Origin: an uncultured Ruminococcus sp.
GTDB taxonomy: Bacteria; Bacillota; Clostridia; Oscillospirales; Ruminococcaceae
Assembly (NCBI RefSeq): GCF_937915125.1
Contig: NZ_CALDMP010000076.1
Span: 3,529-67,528, forward strand
Direction: 5' to 3'
Length of the DNA stretch: 64,000 nucleotides
Notes under the pieces: generated by a model
The model's input: the letters and a program-made list of their open reading frames with translations, nothing else
Databases searched by the model: none
What the model was told of the DNA's origin: nothing
Shown: positions 58,167 through 64,000 of the stretch, piece after piece
Layout: every line of letters starts with the position of its first letter
How positions within the stretch are numbered: position 1 is the first letter of the stretch
Translations under genes and position numbers: made by a program

Positions 58167-59969
58167 TTATGCCAGCAGTTTCTGGCGAAGCAGGGCAAGG
58201 TCGAAGCCGTTGACAACGCCGTCAGCGTTCAGGTCGGCGAGGTTGTATTGGGTTTCGGTGAGGGTGGTTTGGTTCAGGAGGTGTTTTTGGAGAGCATTTA
58301 TATCTGATTCATTTACGCAATAATCTAAATTTATATCATATTCTTCTATTACTTTAAATGAAATCAATTCACTATCAACCAACCCTAAACTATTCCATGC
58401 AGTCACATATGCGGTATATTCACCAGGTTCAGCCAGATTTACAGAATAAATGCCATTTCTAAAATCTTCTGTTATCAGTCGTTCTCCATCTTTGTTAATT
58501 CCAATTGTATATCCAACTGCATTATCAGACGAAGCATAGAAATCTATTGTTTCATTTGTTGTATAGTATTCATTGTTTACAAAAAGTTCTGATCTTGTGG
58601 GCTTATCCATAATTTCAAAGCTAATCACTTCACTATCGAATATCCCCAGTGAATTCCATGCAGTCACATATGCTGTATATATTCCTGGTTCTGTAAGAAT
58701 AGTACTATATTTGTTACCTCTGAAATCTTCAGTGATCAATCGATTGCCATCTTTGTCAATGCCAATTGTGAAGCCTGTTGCGTTATCGGATTCGGCAAGA
58801 AATGACACCGTTTCACCACTTTCAAATCTGTTTCGCCCACTCTCTAATGACAATTTTGATGTGGTAGGTTTACCAACAACTTTAAAGCTAACAACATTGC
58901 TATCAAAATGTCCTGTCAGGTTCCATGCGGTAACATATGCTGTATAGTTACCAATATCATCAAATGCGATTGAATATGTATTTCCATCTATAACCTCTGT
59001 CACTATTCTCTCGCCGTCTTTATCTATTCCAATGGTGTAACCTATTGAAATATCAGAGTTAGCTTCAAAAGTAACTGTATCTCCACTAGCAAATATACTC
59101 TGATTATTCTTTATACTTAAACTTGACCAAGAAGGCGCATCTGGAACTGAAAAATATACCACATTACTGTCTATCCAGCCCGATGCATTATAAGCAGTGA
59201 CATAAGCAGAATAACTGCCGGGTTCAGTGAAAGCATTCGAGTAGGTATTTCCATCACATCCTTCTGTAACAATTCTTGTACCCTCATAATCAATTCCTAT
59301 TGTGTAATTTGTAGCATAGTCCGAATACATTTCAAAAGATATGGTTTCTCCGCTTTGAAAAACAGTTTGATTATTAACGATATTCAGTGTTGCCCAAGTT
59401 GGAACTTTGGTTATATCATTGTTGTATCTAAAAATCCCGCTCCAACTCCCATAGAATGAACCAACAGAAACTTCTGTTCCTGTTTGGTCACCAGGCTGTG
59501 GATATCCACGATCACTGTGTGCACCAACATTCTGATTGTTACCGATATAAATTTCTGTATGCCCATTTCTCCAGAGAATATCACCGCGCTGTAAATTAGA
59601 AACACTTCCGATTTGACTCCATGATATATATGTGAATCCATATTTCGGCAGAATATTAGGCATAGTTGCCGTTGTAAATGCAGAACCAGAGTATATTCCT
59701 GCATAGGATAATGCATGAGAAACCAGCGATGAACAGTCATAATCCGGACCATTTCGATTCGCCTGACTATATCCATGCGAATCGTCGTTTGCAATATCAA
59801 TTGCCCACTGTACTGCAGTTTCCATTTGTGGAGATATTGCGATCGCATCCATTGGTAAAAATATATTTTTGAAAGATGATCCCGAACACATCCCCAACAT
59901 CATCACCACCGCAACCATCGCCGCAGTCCACTTCATAAACCAACGTTTCTGTCTTTGCGCCATTCTCAT
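58167..59969 (-). CDS. Secreted NlpC/P60-like (Amidase_5-type) peptidoglycan hydrolase with four ~90-aa repeats and C-terminal dockerin
   Basis: Signal peptide; HGYSQ..R.GPDYDCSS (catalytic Cys), GDIL...GHTEIYIG (His); four YTIGID.DG.R..TE...PG.YTAYVTAWN repeats; DINLDYCVNESD...ADLNADGVVNGFDLALLRQKLL. Confidence 0.85.
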   Translation of the reverse strand: MRMAQRQKRWFMKWTAAMVAVVMMLGMCSGSSFKNIFLPMDAIAISPQMETAVQWAIDIANDDSHGYSQANRNGPDYDCSSLVSHALSYAGIYSGSAFTTATMPNILPKYGFTYISWSQIGSVSNLQRGDILWRNGHTEIYIGNNQNVGAHSDRGYPQPGDQTGTEVSVGSFYGSWSGIFRYNNDITKVPTWATLNIVNNQTVFQSGETISFEMYSDYATNYTIGIDYEGTRIVTEGCDGNTYSNAFTEPGSYSAYVTAYNASGWIDSNVVYFSVPDAPSWSSLSIKNNQSIFASGDTVTFEANSDISIGYTIGIDKDGERIVTEVIDGNTYSIAFDDIGNYTAYVTAWNLTGHFDSNVVSFKVVGKPTTSKLSLESGRNRFESGETVSFLAESDNATGFTIGIDKDGNRLITEDFRGNKYSTILTEPGIYTAYVTAWNSLGIFDSEVISFEIMDKPTRSELFVNNEYYTTNETIDFYASSDNAVGYTIGINKDGERLITEDFRNGIYSVNLAEPGEYTAYVTAWNSLGLVDSELISFKVIEEYDINLDYCVNESDINALQKHLLNQTTLTETQYNLADLNADGVVNGFDLALLRQKLLA

Positions 59970-60025
59970 AAAAAATCAACTCCTTTCGCACTTCACGAAT
60001 AACCACATCTGATTATTCCGATAAT

Positions 60026-60080
60026 ATTATAATCTATTTAGACTAAAATGTCAATACTTTTTAGTCATATGTGATAAAAT
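60026..60080. promoter_or_regulatory. Divergent promoters with operator-like inverted repeat
   Basis: Minus strand TTGACA(60054-60049)-17-TATAAT(60031-60026); plus strand TG-a-TAAAAT (60072-60080); IR GACTAAAA-N10-TTTTAGTC (60041-60066). Confidence 0.65.
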
Positions 60081-60103
60081 TTTCTGAGAAAGGAGTGGCA
60101 TAT

Positions 60104-60463
60104 ATGGCTTTTTACCAACGAATCCGGGATTTGCGAGAGGATGCGGACAAAACACAGACCGATATTGCACAATATCTGGGCACAACGGCGCAGTATTACG
60201 GCAAGTACGAAAAAGGAGAGCGTGAAATTCCCTTTCTGCGTGCCATCCAGCTGGCGGAATATTATGATGTCAGCCTGGATTATCTCGCCGGGCGCACCAA
60301 TTTTCCCAAGGGTAAAGACAATATGCCCTTTCAGGAAGATGCGCTGTATATTCTGGAAAAATACGCCACTCTCACCGAACGCAACAAAGGCAGGCTGGAA
60401 CAATTCCTGGACGATCTCTGCGAACAGCAGGGCGAGGATACCTTTCGCCAAAAAGAAGCCTGA
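60104..60463 (+). CDS. XRE-family (Cro/C1 HTH) regulator
   Basis: RIRDLRED...TQ..IA.YL......Y.KYE.G.REIP.....LA.YY.VSLDYL.GRT; AAGGAG RBS. Confidence 0.92.
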   Translation: MAFYQRIRDLREDADKTQTDIAQYLGTTAQYYGKYEKGEREIPFLRAIQLAEYYDVSLDYLAGRTNFPKGKDNMPFQEDALYILEKYATLTERNKGRLEQFLDDLCEQQGEDTFRQKEA

Positions 60464-60524
60464 TGACACTTTCCCGGAAATAGCAAAAGAGCGTGCCAGA
60501 ACCAGCACGCTCTTTTTGTTTTTT

Positions 60525-61034
60525 CTAATCCCGATGCCGCAGCAGTCCTCTTGCCACCAGGCCTACGCCGGCGGCGATCATGCCGAACATGACCACATAC
60601 TGCCACAGACTCGCCGAAAGCGGCCGAAACCGCACCGATGTCAGCAGCGTCACCAGAATCGCCAGAATACCAATGGCAACCACGACCCAGCCGACCCACT
60701 TGTGATCCATGAAAAACAGCAGCCCGATACCGATCAGCAGCGGTACCAGCATCAATCCCGTGGCAACGGAAGTGCTCATCCCGAAGCCGCCCCAGAGACT
60801 GCCCCAGGAAAACGTCACCACAAAGGAATTCAGCACCCAGTATACCCCTGCGCCCAGCAGCACCAATCCGATGAGAAATTCCGCCAGCGGATGGGACGGC
60901 TTTTTCTCCACCACAGCGGATGGAGAACCTTTTGCTTTTTTCGCCTTTTTCCCATCCGGCTCCGACTGCTTTCCAGCCTTCTCCTGTTCCATTTCTTCCT
61001 CCAGCTTTTTCAGTTTACGTTCCATTTCGTCCAT
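60525..61034 (-). CDS. Hypothetical four-TM membrane protein
   Basis: Charged N-terminus then four hydrophobic segments; promoter TTGACA-17-TATCAT upstream; terminator 60485-60524. Confidence 0.75.
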   Translation of the reverse strand: MDEMERKLKKLEEEMEQEKAGKQSEPDGKKAKKAKGSPSAVVEKKPSHPLAEFLIGLVLLGAGVYWVLNSFVVTFSWGSLWGGFGMSTSVATGLMLVPLLIGIGLLFFMDHKWVGWVVVAIGILAILVTLLTSVRFRPLSASLWQYVVMFGMIAAGVGLVARGLLRHRD

Positions 61035-61119
61035 GTTTGTCGTCCCCCTTGTTTTCGTTTATGATACCATAGTTTACTGTTTTTGTCAAGCATGTGAGTT
61101 ACAACTTTTCACTGCATAT

Positions 61120-63735
61120 TCACTGCGTCTCCTTTTCCCGTATCGTCTTTTTCCCCATTTTCATCTGCGCCGCATATGCACGGATCGCCGCCTCTGCCTG
61201 CTCCACCTCATGATGGAATTCATCCGCCGACACACGCAGAGCACCGTTTCCCAGAATAATCACCTGCTCCATGCCGTCCGATGTTGCCACCCGTACCCGG
61301 TGCTCCCGGCATAGCTCGTGGGTTGTCTTTTCAATGTAGGAATCCGCCGTCTCCGACTCTTTCGTGTAGACAATGCTGATATTGCAGTATTGCTCCACCT
61401 CCCGGTGCTGTCCCTTCACCTTGTAGGCGTCAAATACCAGGATCAGTTTGCACTGCCGGTAGCCACAGTAATTGCACATCTGGTGGATGAGCCGGCTTCG
61501 TGCCGCCTCCAGACTGTCCTTTGCCAGATCTTTCAGTTCGTCCCAGGCGAAAATGATGTTATATCCGTCCACCAGCAGATATTCCTCCCCGTCATAGACG
61601 GGATTTTTTTTGCCGTGATATGGCTCCGATTCCTCCTTGGGCGTATACATCGCCTGCCGGGGATCCCGGTCGATCTTGCCGTAGGTACGCTCAAAAATCG
61701 CCATGAGCTCCTTGTCTTCCGCCAGACTGGATACATACCGTGCCGCCCGGCTTGCCCCGGATACCGGCTCCTCCGGTTCCTCTTCCGGCTCCGATGTATA
61801 ACAGCTGGGCAGGTGCATATGCTCCTGCACCTTGTCCCATTTCACTGCATACCCGGCACCGTGGGCGCAGAAGATGGAATCCGCTGTGTTTTCCACATCG
61901 CTGTCGCAGTCATAGCCAATGGAAGCCATGACCTCCTCTGCATTTTGACAGGGTGCATATCCCTTTGGCGTACAACAGAGCCGTCCCTTACCGTGGGAAT
62001 ATCTGGTGACAACGCTCTGATATCCACGCATGTTTGCCACAGGTGCACTGCCTGTCATAACAGAATGTTCCCCGTCCGTTTCCGGCGGTTGGAAATCTGC
62101 TCCCATCTGCTGTAAATCCGTCATAGCTCTCCCTACGCATTCCGTGGGAAGTTCCAGCACAAAGTCATACCACGGTTCCAGCAGTACGCTCTTTCCACGG
62201 CGCAATCCGTTGCGCACGGCACGATAAGTTGCCTGGCGGAAATCGCCGCCCTCTGTATGCTTCACATGGGCACGTCCGGCACAAAGGGTGATTTTCATAT
62301 CGGTAATGGGAGAACCTGTCAGCACGCCCACATGCACTTTCTCGCCCAGATGAGTCAGCACCAGCCGCTGCCAGTTCCGATCCAGATCGTCCTCCCGGCA
62401 GTCGGATGCAAATTGCAGACCGCTCCCCCGGGGCAGCGGTTCCAGAAGCAGGTGCACCTCTGCATAATGGCACAACGGCTCATAGTGACCTACGCCCTCC
62501 ACCGGTTCGGCAATGGTTTCCTTATAGGTGATCTATCCGGCGTCAAACTGCACCTCCAGCCCGAAGCGGTCGGCAATCAGCTTCTGGAGTACTTCCAGCT
62601 GCACCTCGCCCATGAGTTGCAGCTGAATCTGCTGGGCACGAGCATCCCACAGGAGATGGAGTGCCGGATCTTCCTCCTCCAGATGGGACAGCTGCTTCAG
62701 AGCATCTGCCGGGTGTACTTGTTCCGGCAGCCGTAGTCCATAGCGCAGAATCGGTTCCAATACCGGCACTGCCCCATCCTGTACGGCACCAAGCCCCTGC
62801 CCGGCATAGGTTCTGGTCAGTCCCGTAACAGCGCAGACCATACCGGGCAATACTGTATCCGCCGTCTGGAACTTCGCCCCGGCATAAATGCGGATCTGGC
62901 TGATTTTTTCCGTCAGCTGGGCGCCGTCCTGGGCAGTATAGGACACGGCGTCCCGGACGTGAAGCTGTCCGCCAGTGACTTTCAGATAAGTCAGGCGGCT
63001 GCCCTTTTCATCTACAGCAATTTTAAACACCTGTGCGCCGAAGGTATCGGCATAGGTTTTCTCCAGCGTATACCGATCCAGTCCCTCCAGAAAATCATCC
63101 ACGCCTTCCAGCTTCAGGGCTGCGCCAAAATAACAGGGTACCACCTGCCGCCGGGCAATTCCCTCCGCCAGCTGTTTCCGGGAAATACTGCCCTGCTCCA
63201 GATAGGCATCCATCCATGTTTCATCATAAAGTGCCATGCGCTCATAAAAGGCATCTGTGCCGTCGTCGGAAAAATCCGCACAGCATTCCCCCAGCCGCTG
63301 TTTCAGATCCGCCAGCACTGCCGGCTTTTCCGCACCGCTGAGATCCATTTTATTGACAAAGACAAACACCGGCACATGATAGCGCTCCAGCAGTTTCCAC
63401 AGCGTTTCCGTATGACTCTGTACACCGTCTGTACCGCTGATGACCAGAATGGCATAGTCCAGCACTTGCATGGTACGCTCTGTCTCAGCGGAAAAGTCCA
63501 CATGCCCCGGCGTATCCAGCAGGGTATATTCCGCACCATTATAGGCAATACATGCCTGATGGGCAAAAATTGTAATGCCCCTGTCCCGTTCCATGGGATG
63601 GGTATCCAGAAATGCTGTCTGATGATCCACACGTCCCAGCTTCCGGATCTCTCCGGTGCGGTACAGCAGTGCTTCCGACAGAGTAGTCTTTCCGGAATCT
63701 ACATGGGCGGTGATTCCTACGATCAATCGTTTCAT
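61120..63735 (-). pseudogene. EF-G/TetM-like translational GTPase fused to NYN (YacP/Rae1-like) RNase domain, with one in-frame TAG at 62535-62533
   Basis: G1 AHVDSGKTT, G2 RGITI, G3 DTPGH, G4 NKMD; frame continues through FDAG*ITYKETI..PVEGVGH into domains IV-V (LLEPWY.F.L..P...GRA..D) and LLVDGYN...VFDAY...ETADSYIE...VATSD NYN motifs. Confidence 0.85.
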
Positions 63736-63785
63736 ATGGCACCGTGCCGGTTCTGCCGCACGGCTTTTCACTCCTTTTTCAATTG

Positions 63786-63888
63786 GGAATGGCGGTGTTT
63801 GTATCCTTTGGGTACGAACAGATTTAAAAATTGTAAATTTCCCGACACTGAAAATTCAACGCCGCAGGCGATACCGTCATTCCTCATT
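63786..63888. repeat. Palindromic element family D upstream of the GTPase-NYN gene
   Basis: GGAATGGCGGT...ACCGTCATTCC; minus strand begins AATGAGGAATGACGGT as at 31980. Confidence 0.55.
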
Positions 63889-64000
63889 ATAACACAAATC
63901 TCCATGTCCTGCAAGGGCAAAAAAGAGCTGTTGCAGACAGTAAAGATCCAACGGGAAAACGGTGCGATGTGGGTATCGCGCCCTACAAATATCCACAAAT

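Noticed and set aside
58167..60463. Prophage remnant (lysin plus repressor)
   Set aside because: No integrase, holin or structural genes; the hydrolase has a Sec signal peptide and a dockerin
61120..63735. Tetracycline-resistance gene (tetM/tetW/tetO)
   Set aside because: Lacks the YSPVST loop, has host-like composition and no mobile context, and carries an extra NYN domain

Overview
Chromosomal window from a ~52% GC Ruminococcaceae/Oscillospiraceae-like firmicute, inferred from the dockerin-bearing secreted proteins. It is mostly housekeeping genes: luxS 5' end, rnj-gdpP-rplI-dnaB-tilS-hpt-ftsH, tex, murA-yycJ-rlmH-radical SAM, a Cys T-box cysE-HAD-cysS operon, eno, metG, sbcDC and tsaA. 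It also carries two MarR plus heterodimeric ABC exporter modules and a split BceRS/BceAB-type antimicrobial-peptide module with a visible BceR box. There are four dockerin genes and one dockerin remnant, and many intergenic palindromic elements, including two MITE families with clear 4-bp target duplications and GTAG-type REP doublets. No rRNA, tRNA, CRISPR array, prophage or transposase is evident. The most notable items are: (1) an EF-G/TetM-like GTPase fused to a Rae1/YacP-type NYN ribonuclease and interrupted by one in-frame amber codon; (2) abrupt GC steps at the dockerin boundary in all four dockerin genes, suggesting that foreign passenger domains get dockerin-tagged; (3) a dockerin-borne lysin-like amidase under a divergent XRE switch; (4) a ~480-nt structured leader of rnj; (5) an unannotated 46-aa membrane peptide behind bceB.
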